Shown here: positions 40,994-52,587 of the stretch, piece after piece
How the letters are laid out: the number at the start of each line of letters is the position of its first letter
How positions within the stretch are numbered: the stretch's first letter is position 1
Assembly (NCBI GenBank): GCA_040954595.2
Contig: CM082595.2
Coordinates: forward strand, 1,552,635-1,616,634
DNA from: Balanoglossus misakiensis
Lineage: Eukaryota; Animalia; Hemichordata
DNA: 64,000 bases
Direction of reading: 5' to 3'
Translations under genes and position numbers: made by a program
The notes under the pieces: generated by a model
What the model saw: only the letters and a program-made list of their open reading frames with translations
The model's database searches: none
Told to the model about the DNA's origin: nothing

Positions 40994-41207
40994 AGTTGTC
41001 AAGGGTCGGTTTAGCAGCGCGGAGAATTAAAGGGACAAAGTCACTGTGGGCAATTTTGGCGGCCATTTTAGATTATATTGAATCTGTCCGTTTATGTGTA
41101 TGTACCTTTGTAATGTACAAATTATGTTGCGCGGATTGCGATTTGCAAATTGTGATGTGCAGTTTTTGACGGGGAGATGTGTTGTGCAGATTGTGATTTG
41201 CAGATTG

Positions 41208-41333
41208 TTATGTAGAGACCAATCGCAGTGCTTGTTGCTTATGTAGAGACCAATCGCAGTGCTTGTTGCTTATGTAGAGACCAATCGCAGTGCTTGTTGC
41301 TTATGTAGTGACCAATCGCAGTGTTTGTTACTT
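41208..41333. repeat. 31-bp minisatellite, 4 copies
   Basis: ttatgtagagaccaatcgcagtgcttgttgc at 41208, 41239, 41270 and a degenerate copy at 41301. Confidence 0.92.
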
Positions 41334-42475
41334 GAGTGTCAGTGAGATTAATTTTCCTGCGTAGATTGTCATCTGTGTCTTAGTGTGTGGGACTGTGATG
41401 TAAACCAATGGTGTGCGGCAAAATATGGGAAAGTAAATATATAGCTTAGAGTAAATGTTAATTTTGTAAGAGATATATTATGAAATATTATTTGTTAGAT
41501 GTAATTTTAGATATATATTGTATATTTCATGCTGAGGTAGATTGATATATTTCACACAGGTCACATTCCTGACCCCAAGACCCATGTGACTTTTACATCC
41601 TGGCATTTTGCTGGTATGCATGAATTTACCATTTTGACTTTAAACTTTGGAACAGTCAACCATACTGACGCATCCTAGAACAGGAAATGTTAATTTTGTC
41701 TGTTGCATAATATTGAACCTGATTCTTGTTGCCATGCCAACAAAACACCAGGTTGGAAGGTCACTCAAGGGTCATGACACTGGCCCAATGTGACAAGTGG
41801 AATATGACATACAATAAAACATGTCCCCATGTGAGATATCTCTCAAATCAGGACACCTCTCTATTAAGGACGATTTTTCGTGAAAAATTAAAGTTACAAT
41901 CTGAAATGTTTATGATAAATGTTTACTAAGTGTTAGAGCACATCTGTGTTAAAAAAAAAATACTTTTCCCGGAAGTGTTCTTAACTGACAGGCTTCATTT
42001 TTTTCCCGGTGCGATTTCCCAAGTTTCACGAAAAACCCCGGCCCTTATATGTAAGTTGTCAATCCCTTCTGTGTTTGTTCGAAATGTCATTACTCTTACC
42101 CAATGTGACTCCCCAAGTTTTGGTGACGTCAGCACGAACTATATATTTCTCATGATTGCTTGATTTCTGACTCCGAGTTTACTTGTGTCAATCGATAATA
42201 TTTTCTTCGTAATATCAACATGTCACGGTGTTATCAATATAAAGACTTTAAGTGTGTATAGTAATATTTGTTTAAGCTGTTATTGGACATGTGTCAGTAA
42301 CTATAGTAATGTCATATATTTCACGCTAAAACTTTGACATTTATTGGTGATGTATGAGCTTGTTTACTGCGTATAATAAATATCGTATCTCAACACGTAG
42401 GTCTGCCTGTGTTTTACTTCTGTATTAAACTACACATATATTTGAATGCACAAATTTAGGCTTCAGTTCAAAGGG

Positions 42476-42560
42476 GACAGACAGACAGAGCCGCAGGCAG
42501 ACAGACATCATGGTAGACAGTACAGACAGACAGACAGACAGACAGACAGGCAGGCAGGCA
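42476..42560. repeat. Short (GACA)/(GGCA) microsatellite
   Basis: Directly visible. Confidence 0.8.
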
Positions 42561-44921
42561 TACATTTCAAGTATTTATTCTATAGAAAGTGACAATTGGA
42601 AAGGTTTATTTCCCAAATCTTCCCTACATAAATCTAGAGCAAGTCGACTGAACTTTTGCTGTGATACACGGACATGTGATTTGTCATATTCATATGTAAA
42701 TAAGCTACAGTTGAAAGCACGTGATAATGGTGAACAAGTGAAATCGACAACATCCGGGTATCTTTGTTCTGCTGGTGTCACCGCGATTCGACGCGTCGCG
42801 CAGTAGCTGTGTTCGAAAACAACCAGTGGGGACTGTGCACTGTGTAATAAAACGGACGGGTTGCAGCCGACATAGTGCCTTGAAGGGTAAGGAATATGCC
42901 GATTTGCTTTTAAATAAGCATACACCCTGTGTTTTAACAGAGCAATATATATGATTGATGTACACAGTGTATATATAAGGCGACTCGGAAGGCTGAATAT
43001 ATCTGTGCACTACGAAAAAAGCTTCGGCCAAGCCCACCTTCTTTTCATGTCTCGCTGACCTTTTCATTAAAACTTAAAGTTCACTGTCCATGATTAAACT
43101 CTACGTTAACAAGGCAGGTGTGTTGCAACGTACATATAATAATACAATGGAAGCCAATCTGGTAATTTCTGCGACTTCCTCATCGCGGAGACCTTTAGCT
43201 GTAGGCTACACAGAACGGACTCGACGACCCGATCGCGTCAACGACGGTGTCTCGCGGAAATTTGCGAATGCGAACACCCATAACGCGTGTTCGTCGTATT
43301 AATAGATCTGGTCAGACAAACATGACAGATCATATGGAGGGCCGTACAGATAAAAAAATGACCATTTTGAAGCGGACATATTGAAACGGACACTTAACAT
43401 TTTGCATTTGCAATGAACAATAGCATACAAAAGGGCTTATAGTGGTAGGCCTACGTGGTGTCATATGTCGGACTTTCGTTTTGGGCAGCGACGAATTATT
43501 TGCATTTCTGAAGTTGGTGAATGGATATTCGTCATAATATTCTTGAAATTTTGTACTTTGGGAAATGTTTCTGTAATGACGACCACCAGGACTTCTGCAT
43601 GAAGGTCTATCGACGACGCGACGAAGCCGTGGTGGGGGCGAGAGTGTACGTGACGTCACGTGAGTGCTGACAGAACCAGGGTCACCTGACCCACATAATT
43701 ATAAAAGAAGACGGTCAAAGAGACCCTTTCAATTTTCCCGGGGTGAGGGTGGTACTTCAAAAGATTTTTTGGTATGGATGGGTGAACGTCTGGCTACCTA
43801 AGATCCCAAAACCAAACTTAGAATGTAACGACCCACTGCTAAATCACAAGTTTTATGATTTCAGAATTTAGAACACCCCCCCCCCCCACACACACACACA
43901 CTCGTTCGTGTAACCCGTCGTGTTTGCACTGTATAAAACAAATCGATTACTCAGGCCAGTGAACAAATAATTGAATTGGCTGACATTGGTAACGTAAACC
44001 CTGGTCTGCCTTGAGTTCTTCGCCAAAATTTTACCTTGACTTCTACATACGTGCATTGAAGTCAATAAAGGCGTTGAATATCACTTGACGACAGGTTAGG
44101 TCACGGCAAGTGAAACGGTTCTGAAACAAACAATTTTACAGTGTGCACTGTGTGTGTGTTCCGGAAACAAAGATGGCGTCCAACAACGAAATAGTCTAGT
44201 GTCCGTGCCCGAGGCAATTGTATTCGCATTAAATTATGCTATTCGAAAGAAAGAGTCGAACACGGCAAACTCTCATGGCCCCTTTTGATCAGATACATCT
44301 GGCGTGTGTTAGCGTTACATAATGCCAATTATTATTATAATGCACCAATTGATTTCTAATTAGGCCTAAGCTAAATTAGCGTAAAAGACATTGGCAAGGA
44401 AAGCTTCTCAAAATTGCGTGAATTATGCCTCCGCTTTGCATTTTTGGATGTCATTATAAGAAACAGTATTTGCTCAAGGATATGCCACGCCCTTTTGTTC
44501 ATTTTATTTTTTCGTCATATAGGCAAATTGTGTTTCATGGTAGTTCCATGTTATTCGACGATAGAGTTAAACAGTAGCTAAAGTAAACGATATCTTAGAA
44601 AAATGTCAATGTAGAGCAGTTTTCTCGCCTTCAACCGAAGAGCTGCGGTTTTCACAAAGGGCAATGCCCTTTCAGACACTGCCAGTCAAGTCAACACTAC
44701 GCATGTGCAGTACTTTCAAGTTCTTAAGAATGCAGTGGTCACCATGGTCACGACGGACAAGATGACTCAGCGTTACAATCCCGGGGTAACAGAAACACTG
44801 CCACTGTTTAATTCCTTGTCATAATTACAATATTTGATCGATATTCTGCTATGTTTAATTTACATATCATAATCTCAGCTATTCAAGTAGCAAACGCAGT
44901 TGAAGCCAACTCGAAGACAAT

Positions 44922-46356
44922 ATGTCGAAAGTACCGGTAAGTGACGTTTATACAGCGAGTCTGACATTTTAGGATCTCGTCGAACCGGATTTCACAACAC
45001 ACCACTTCCACGACAGTACGCTTACATGCAAACCTGTGAACTTCCCCTTCCAAACAGCAGTTCAAAATAATCCACGCATCTATTTATTTCGGTTTATTAT
45101 TTGTACTGGATTGTATTTTAATAAGCAAAAAAATAGCATACCGGGAAAATGATGTCTGTTTGGATAAAGCGCTCATATTGAATAATCATAACAAACTAAA
45201 CTTAATACTTTGATGTTTGACAGGTGAGTGGGCAGCCTATGCCCGGAGATGCACAAATGCAACAACAGCAACAGTGGATGCCAGCGCCTCAGGCCCCCCT
45301 CGGGTGCCCCCCGGGGCTGGAGTACTTGACACAGATAGACCAGGTGCTGATTCACCAAGTCGTCGAATTGATGGAAGGTAGGGGTTCGAAATAATCTTTC
45401 ATCGCCACCCAAGCGTAAAACTGTTTTGCAAAACACCTGGCCGTTGGAATGTTCGAACCGGCCAGTGTTTTTATGCGCCTGACCATATTCGTCTTGCTCT
45501 CCAAAAAAAAATAGTGCCAACGACCCGTGCGAGCGGACGATGGTGCCTAACCGACAGTGTACACGACCACTTGGAATCGACGTATAGTATTCCGTGTTCC
45601 ATGCAAAGAAACGGGTTGTTTTAATAGTAAGATATGCTGCAAATAAAGTTCTTAGTAACAAGTATCTTCGTTTGTTTCAATCTGATCAGCTTTCACCGGT
45701 TGGGAGTGTCGTAATCGTTATCAGCTGAAGAACAGTATGGGACAGCAAGTGTATTTTGCCGGGGAAGGTAGGTAGTCATGTGACATGTTATCTCCCATCT
45801 TCCGACGTCAGAATCCGATGTCAATAACCGATACTAAGACGTGATAAAGGAAAGTACGTAACGAAAATTTGGAAGACTGGGTGTGGAAAATAATCAGCAT
45901 CATCTGTGTGTACACTCGTTCTCTTGTGCTTTGACTGAAGTTTCGCGTTTTGGTCTTCTTCACGTCAGAATCTGATCTCTGCATGAGGCAGTGCTGCGGT
46001 CCTGCAAGAGGCTTCATCATGCATATTGTCGACAACTCTCAACAGGTATAGCCTACAAATTATTATCACCGCGCAATTCTACAAAATGTTAATGTTCTTG
46101 CAATTGTAATAATGTTATGTAATCGAAAATATGATGGAGTTAGAAATCTGCTTTGCTACTAACATAACTGTGGTTTGATAGTTGTTGTTTGACTTTCTCT
46201 TTAACTAGGAAGTGATGCGTGTGTCTCGTGAGTTCAAGTGCTGCGCTGGTTGTTGCTGGTGCGCGAATGTGGACCACTGTGCCTTTGAACTGTGTATTGA
46301 AGCCCCAGTGGGTACACCAATTGGATACGTCAGACAGAGGTGAATATTATTATTAG

Positions 46357-46390
<34 letters not shown>

Positions 46391-46418
46391 GACTGGTGGT
46401 GGTGGTGGTGGTGATGAT

Positions 46419-46490
<72 letters not shown>

Positions 46491-47701
46491 CGACGACGAC
46501 GATGACGATGCTAGTGATGTTGTTGTTGTTGTTTCTAGTGTATCCTAAATATGATTCTCGTTTCTCTCCAGACAATATTGTTGGGTGGCTGAATTTGATA
46601 TTCTTGACGCAAATCGCGAACAAGTGTTAGTCGTGAAAGGGCCATGCTGTGTCTGCCAAGGTGTTTGCTGCACATGGGATCAAGTGTTCCAAGTAAGTCA
46701 CGCATATAAATTGGTCGTAATAATGACCCCTTGTCGGGAATTTGAGATTCAAAACGGAAGCAAAGGTGATGTTCAGAGTCACCTTGAACACACATGTCAT
46801 GTTTTCAGCTAATAAGAGCCTTTTATGCACTACAATGTACAAACGTTCTTCATACGGTAGCCGAGCATTCTCACATGCTGCACCGAAACTGTGGAACTCT
46901 CTGCCACAAGACATTCGTCAAGCTCCAAGTTTGAGAATCTTTAAGAAAAGACTGAAGACGCATTATTTCGCAAGAGCATATGGTGTGGGCCAATGAGCAC
47001 AATCGCCTTTGAGTATGACACTTGTTATAGATACTGGCGCTATACAAATTTCTCTGATTGATTGATTGATTGATTGATTTTCGCACAGGTTCTGACGAAA
47101 GATAAGAAGACGGAGGTGGGAAAGCTGAGTAAACAGTGGGGAGGACTTGCACGGGAAATGTTCACCAACGCCACTAACTTCTCGGCTTCGTGTAAGTAAC
47201 TTCTGTTAGTAGTATCAGTACAGTGCGGATGGGATTGGTCATCACAGAGATTGTACCGTCTTGATGTTGGTCTTGGAAAACTTTGTGCACACGTGATGGT
47301 GGTGGTGATGAAAATCTCTGAAGTAAAAAGTGGTCGAAGAAAATCGAGTAATGACTCGAATCTCACGTACAGGAGTAAACACGTCGTTCGTTTACTTTGG
47401 TATATCTTTAACTTATTTTATTTCTTTTTAATTTTAGTTCCGATAGATTTGGATGTGAAAGTGAAGGCTTCGCTGCTTGCTGCATGTTTCTTGATCGTAA
47501 GTATAATTAATTCGTTACATCCGGGGACCGAGGGTGCCAACACGATCTGGGCAGGCAGGCAGGCACTCGCCCGTGTGAAATGACAATATTCCAAATCCAA
47601 TTTTTTTGTGAAATAAGAGTAATAAATGAGTCAACTGATTCTTATTCTCCTTCCATTTTCCTTCACAGGACTTCATGTTCTTCGAAAACAAGAACAACTA
47701 A
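44922..47701 (+). CDS. PLSCR: Phospholipid scramblase (PLSCR family); exons 44922-44936, 45224-45377, 45690-45767, 45969-46045, 46209-46339, 46572-46692, 47089-47191, 47438-47496, 47669-47701
   Basis: [38 protein letters not shown], Cys-rich [18 protein letters not shown] and [26 protein letters not shown] across canonical junctions. The first micro-exon is less certain. Confidence 0.93.
46358..46533. repeat. Compound trinucleotide microsatellite (GTT)n(GGT)n(GAT)n(GAC)n in scramblase intron 5
   Basis: Directly visible; source of the spurious poly-M, poly-I and poly-H ORFs. Confidence 0.95.
46802..47078 (+). mobile_element. 5'-truncated L2/CR1-clade LINE 3' fragment with (TGAT)n tail in scramblase intron 6
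   Basis: Encodes [39 protein letters not shown], typical of the L2/CR1 ORF2 C-terminus, followed by a short 3' UTR (...ggcgctatacaaat) and tandem TGAT repeats. Confidence 0.85.
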
Positions 47702-50047
47702 AGACGAGAGGCTGTGAAGTTTGATGGTCACACACCCAAGAAGTATTAGACCAACGCTTTATCAAAAATACAATATACATTACTTACAATTATTATATTA
47801 TGTAGACTTATTATACCATATATATCTTATTTTCGTTGTATTTTCCTCGGTATTTACCAAAACATTATAGTGAATGAGTTATATTTGAGAGTTCGTTGAC
47901 AAAAAAGAAAGACTGTGCTACGGAGTAAGCATTTACATATTTCGTCGGTAATCAAATGTTCAGAAACACTGCACATTTTCGTTATTCCTAGTCAGCAGTG
48001 TTTGTTGACTTTAAGAATTGTCTTTGGTTTGTATAGTAGTATGTTTGATTCAAATTTTTGTGCTGATATTTTTTTTTGTTTACAGGCAGCTCAAGCGTCG
48101 CATCATTTATTGTTTTGTTTTATTTTTGCATTTTCGTGGTCTGAATTTGTTTGAGAACTGTTTATTCTGGAACTTTATACCGAGGGATAGAAATGCTTCT
48201 TGGTTATTATTATAAACGAGGTTTTGCTTTGCAGACTGTTTTGGGCTTTGTAAAGTCGTGGCAAAGTTTCAGATGGATTCGTCAGAAAGCGACTGTCGTT
48301 CACTCGCAAATGCCACATTTCTGTCCGAGCGAAATTTCCAATTTTAAAAAGTAATAAGTGAAATTGTTATCATGATTTCTTACTTGAATTTTATAATAAT
48401 AGAATCATAATTAATATCGGATGACAGTTCAGTATCACATTCGTCTTGTTCGATAATTTTTTGTATGTTTAACTTTGGACATATAGGTAATAAATCTGTG
48501 ATTCTCGAATAGAATATGGCCATATTCGTTTTTTTGACGATGTTGCTGTAGACTCCAATTTGTCTCTGTATATGCGGCTGTACCGTGTACGTGGGTGTGC
48601 TACAAGGGGCGGCGATATTGTCTGATGGCCTCCAGTCTGCATTTTCCCTTCAATATCTGTAGTTGTATTTATAAAAATATTTTATTCATATTACTTAGTG
48701 CCATTTTAGTTGAATGTTGCATAAATAATAGTGATTCACAATCTTCAATCAGCGAATGGTGACGTAGCTGTGAATGGAGAGTGGTAGAGTGCCCACTTAC
48801 GTAATTTCGCTTTTATCTTGTGTATGTTACGTCACCACCTTTTGTGTTCTTAGCCCAGAGGTGTCTCTTGGCCGAGCAACGTGGCGATAAAAGGTATTTA
48901 ATATTCTTTTTCGGGACGGCCTTTTTTCACATCAAAGTCAAGTTGAAACTCGACAGTAGTGTGATACTATTATGTGTGGATGCGAAGTGTTGCGGGCCCT
49001 TGTATATAGCGTGTATGTACGGTATCTCAATTTTATTCGCAATATCGGGGGTGGGCGTGGCTGCAATGATTGTAGCGCGTACTACATGTACTTCGCATAT
49101 GCTGCGAACACACCAGTCAACCTAGCAGCACCCGCTACAATCATTGCAGCTAGGATGGGCGGTGTTATATAAGAATCTGAATCAGTGCCTTGCTGTTCAT
49201 GCACGCTTTTTCTCAGAAGTTCGAGCGAGAAAGCACCACCTTGCACAATGCCGTTACAAACGACAATTCATCAAAGTTATCGTTCATCGGATTGGAAATA
49301 AAAAGTCCGGGCCAGGCGGGTGGATGATATGATGTTAAGTAACTGCTATCGCTCGCCATTCAATTCGATGTTGATGTTGTCTATTCATTCTTTGGATGCT
49401 CAATTCTATGGTTGTCACGTAGGGCAAGTTTTGAAGTTGTTGACAAACGGTCGCTGAAAGCCGAGTAGAAAGGCGCTCTCTGCAACTGGTACCGACGCGT
49501 ACTACTTCTTTAAATAATCAATACCACGTCTTTGTATTATCGCTCTTTCACGTGTCTCCATCCTTCCACCACCTGGTACCTAAAACTCCCCTAAGTTGGC
49601 GCAAAAATGCCTCACGATACTCGCAGCACGTGAAATTGTCATCTTCATCTGATATGGGATGAAAACGAAAATTATTATCATTACTTGTGTCAAGCGTGTC
49701 TGTGCTAAGAGTGCAGGGTTATAATTGACACTATTTTACGCCTGCTTGGTATAAATATCGTGATGGTTAACTCTCGATGTCTCATAGTGCAGTCAAAGAA
49801 ACCAAGAGCTTTGTCAAGGTGAAACATCTCAGTTGTATTTGGTTTCAATATCTGAGTAATTTTACCAGAAAACAATCAGAAAATATCTTCCCAACCAATT
49901 TTGTTTTCTTTATCGGTGATTTCTGTATCGTTTCTTGATAATACATAGAGTTAACTTGAGCGATTCCGAATTTTTTCACTTTTTCCTCCCTGGTCACGAA
50001 TTCTAGAACTCGCTAATTATTAGCAAGATGAGAGGCCCACTAAATGT

Positions 50048-50155
50048 CACGTGTCAGAGACTTAGTTACGTAACCCAGCACCATATATAGGCGATCATAA
50101 CTTGAGATCGGAGTATTCTTATCGGGGAAAAGAAAAATCATCGTGAACTTTTTCG
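50048..50155 (+). promoter_or_regulatory. Putative promoter (CACGTG 50048, TATATAG 50084) and non-coding exon 1 of secreted acidic protein 1
   Basis: E-box and TATA-like box followed by donor gtgaactttttcg|gtgagt; matching acceptor cattacag at 50518 just before the ATG. Confidence 0.55.
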
Positions 50156-50529
50156 GTGAGTATTTTTTAAAAGTCTTTTATTCACTTCTTTATTCCTGCG
50201 GATGATGTCTAACTACATCCCTTGTACTGCCGAGCTATAAAATGTATATTTTAAATTTGTCCAATAAAAACAATATGTTTTAGTTTTAAGTTTAAAATTG
50301 GCAATTTTAGCAATTTTTATAGAATGCAAATAACCGTAACAAAAAGAAAATACTTCTCAAATCTCTCCTGTTTTCTGTTACCTCATTTGCGTTTTTGTTT
50401 CTGTGTTCGTGACACTGTCTGTAGATTTTCTTCCACGACGCTTACGTGTGTTTCGAGGTGACGTTGGATGTGCATTTTGAGTGTTTGTCTTTAGCTTCGG
50501 TTCTACATTTCATTACAGGAATAACCAAG

Positions 50530-50979
50530 ATGAGGAGCAGTCTACTTTTGGCACTATTCTTGGCCGTCCTGGCAATGTGCAGCCAGGCAGCCTTAGTTAG
50601 ACGCAACACCGACATGATGAGCGAAAGACCCGAAGATGGTCCTGAACTTAGTAGACCGAGCGATGGGGAAGACCCGAACGCAGAACCCGAAGACAGGCCC
50701 GAAGATGGTGAGATGTCCGACGGCGAGGAAAGACCCGAAGATGACGAAAACCCAGAAGATGACGAAAATCCCGAAGATGACGAAAGACCCGAAGATGACG
50801 AAAGACCCGAAGATGACGAAAACCCAGAAGATGACGAAAGACCCGAAGATGACGAAAATCCCGAAGATGACGAAAGACCCGAAGAAAAACCCGAGGGGAA
50901 ACCACACAGAGGTGGTGGTAGAGGGCGCAAACCCTCGAGAGGTCGTGGTGGCTCCCGTCGTCATGGTGGTCGTGGTTAA
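50530..50979 (+). CDS. Orphan secreted low-complexity protein 1 (149 aa): signal peptide, acidic (PEDDE[N/R])x8 core, Arg/Gly-rich basic tail
   Basis: ATG 50530 lies just after a splice acceptor. MRSSLLLALFLAVLAMCSQA signal peptide; 18-bp coding repeat at 50734-50877; AATAAA at 51197. Confidence 0.8.
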   Translation: MRSSLLLALFLAVLAMCSQAALVRRNTDMMSERPEDGPELSRPSDGEDPNAEPEDRPEDGEMSDGEERPEDDENPEDDENPEDDERPEDDERPEDDENPEDDERPEDDENPEDDERPEEKPEGKPHRGGGRGRKPSRGRGGSRRHGGRG

Positions 50980-51808
50980 GACAGTGATGACAAAGATCCA
51001 TTGTCTTCTTAGAGAAGTGTGCGTTTGCAATTACCCTCCAAACACATATCGCCCCAGAGTCTATTGGCTCCCTTTCGCTTTCATAACTGGTGTGCTGTTC
51101 TCGACAAGACAATGATGATAGCTCATCTTATAATCATATGTCATGTTTTTTTTAAAAGAATTAACAGTAATGTCCGTCTTGACATCTACTCCATAAAATA
51201 AAATTCATACTTTGATCAAATAGACGTGATTGTGCATTATTTGTCAACAATCTCTGGCTGGCATTATAGTCTGTTAGCTGTTTTTCAATCCAGTCCATTC
51301 ATATACCCATCGGGAAACTTGGTCCTGCCAAAAGTTCTGGATAAGAAATTCACTCTTTGAAATAAACAATTTTCTGGTAATTATTGAGCCCAGAATCGCC
51401 TTAAATTATATATTTCCTGAAAGCTTACATATAGGTTAATTAAGAGTGACCATTGTTTACACAACTATCACGTGACAAGGAATTTAAATAACCTTAAAAA
51501 TACAGCTGTCTCAGTCTATTGTCCGCTTTGAATTCAAAATAGACTAAGTTGATGAAGCCCTAAAATGGGACAGCCGCCTCTATTTTTTCCGTTTTGTTTT
51601 AAATCTCGGGAGAGTTATACCTAGCGGAAATGATTTTTTTCCTGGTTAGCGAAGCCAAAGCAAGGTCAGTATGGTTTTCACCATGGACGTACCACAGATA
51701 CGTCCATTGGACAAATCGTTCGTTTTTGGCGCTGTATTGTTGATTGATTGATATGTAAAAATCAGACAGTTACTTCACCCAGCGAAGATGCCAGTTGTCG
51801 GGTTTTAC

Positions 51809-51930
51809 CACGTGATTGTGGGTTAACCAATCAGAATTATCGCGTTTTTCTTATAAAAATTGACAAGATAAGGGGTCCAGAACACCATTTTTTATCAACG
51901 CGTTCAGCAAGCAGTGGCGAACTTTTTCAG
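51809..51930 (+). promoter_or_regulatory. Putative promoter (CACGTG 51809, CCAAT 51827, TATAAAA 51852) and non-coding exon 1 of secreted acidic protein 2
   Basis: Same arrangement as gene 1; donor gcgaactttttcag|gtgag; acceptor ttttttcacag at 52251. Confidence 0.6.
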
Positions 51931-52263
51931 GTGAGATTGCATAATTTTGTTCATGTGGCTTTGTCAGTATTTGGATTTCTAACACCGCGGCACCAAATTC
52001 TTTTCAGTTCACAAGCCATTTCGAATGCCTACAGTGGGCTGCGTGATTTCAGAGTGTAACCTCGAAATTTCGTCTTGTGAAGTTCTTTTGAGTACCAGGT
52101 CCACCAGGTGTAACTTTATTTTCTTTTGCCCCCGTTGCTGAAACATTCGAAGGCGAGTGGTCCTTTTTTTCTGTTTTTCCGCTGTCCCAGTGTCGGTTGT
52201 ATTAAGATTTCTCACGTCGTCTTCATTTTTGCAACCTTTCTTTTTTCACAGAGGATTTGCAAA

Positions 52264-52587
52264 ATGAGATTCGCTCTACGTGTGGCATTGCTGCTTGTCG
52301 TCCTGGCTATGTATTGTCATGCAGCCAGGCAAGGCATTGTTCGCAATCGGGAGGATGAGCACATGGATAAAGACAGTACCGAGGATGAGTTCGAAGCTGG
52401 CGGTGGTGAATCATCCGAAAGTGAAGCGGATTCCGAAAACAGGACGGCGTCTGAATCGGACTACGAAGCGACGACCATGATAACAGATTCTCCGAGCAGT
52501 GAAGTTGAGACAACACCAAGAATTGCAAGCAGACCACCGCCAAGAAGAGGAGGAGTACTGAAAAACATGGGCAAGGGTCGTCGTTAA
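52264..52587 (+). CDS. Orphan secreted low-complexity protein 2 (107 aa): signal peptide, Ser/Glu/Asp-rich core, basic tail ending GKGRR
   Basis: aaaATG after a splice acceptor; MRFALRVALLLVVLAMYCHA signal peptide; AATAAA at 52850. Confidence 0.78.
   Translation: MRFALRVALLLVVLAMYCHAARQGIVRNREDEHMDKDSTEDEFEAGGGESSESEADSENRTASESDYEATTMITDSPSSEVETTPRIASRPPPRRGGVLKNMGKGRR

Noticed and set aside
41208-41333. Possible CRISPR-like array
   Set aside because: Repeats are head-to-tail with no unique spacers, there are no cas genes, and the context is eukaryotic.
46330-46630. Poly-Met and poly-Ile/His/Thr ORFs
   Set aside because: Trinucleotide microsatellite within a scramblase intron.
50442-51115. 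Alternative-frame and antisense ORFs over secreted protein 1 (SSSSGF, KMTKDP, FVIFG repeats)
   Set aside because: Shadows of the 18-bp coding repeat. Only the 50530 frame has a splice acceptor, ATG context and signal peptide.
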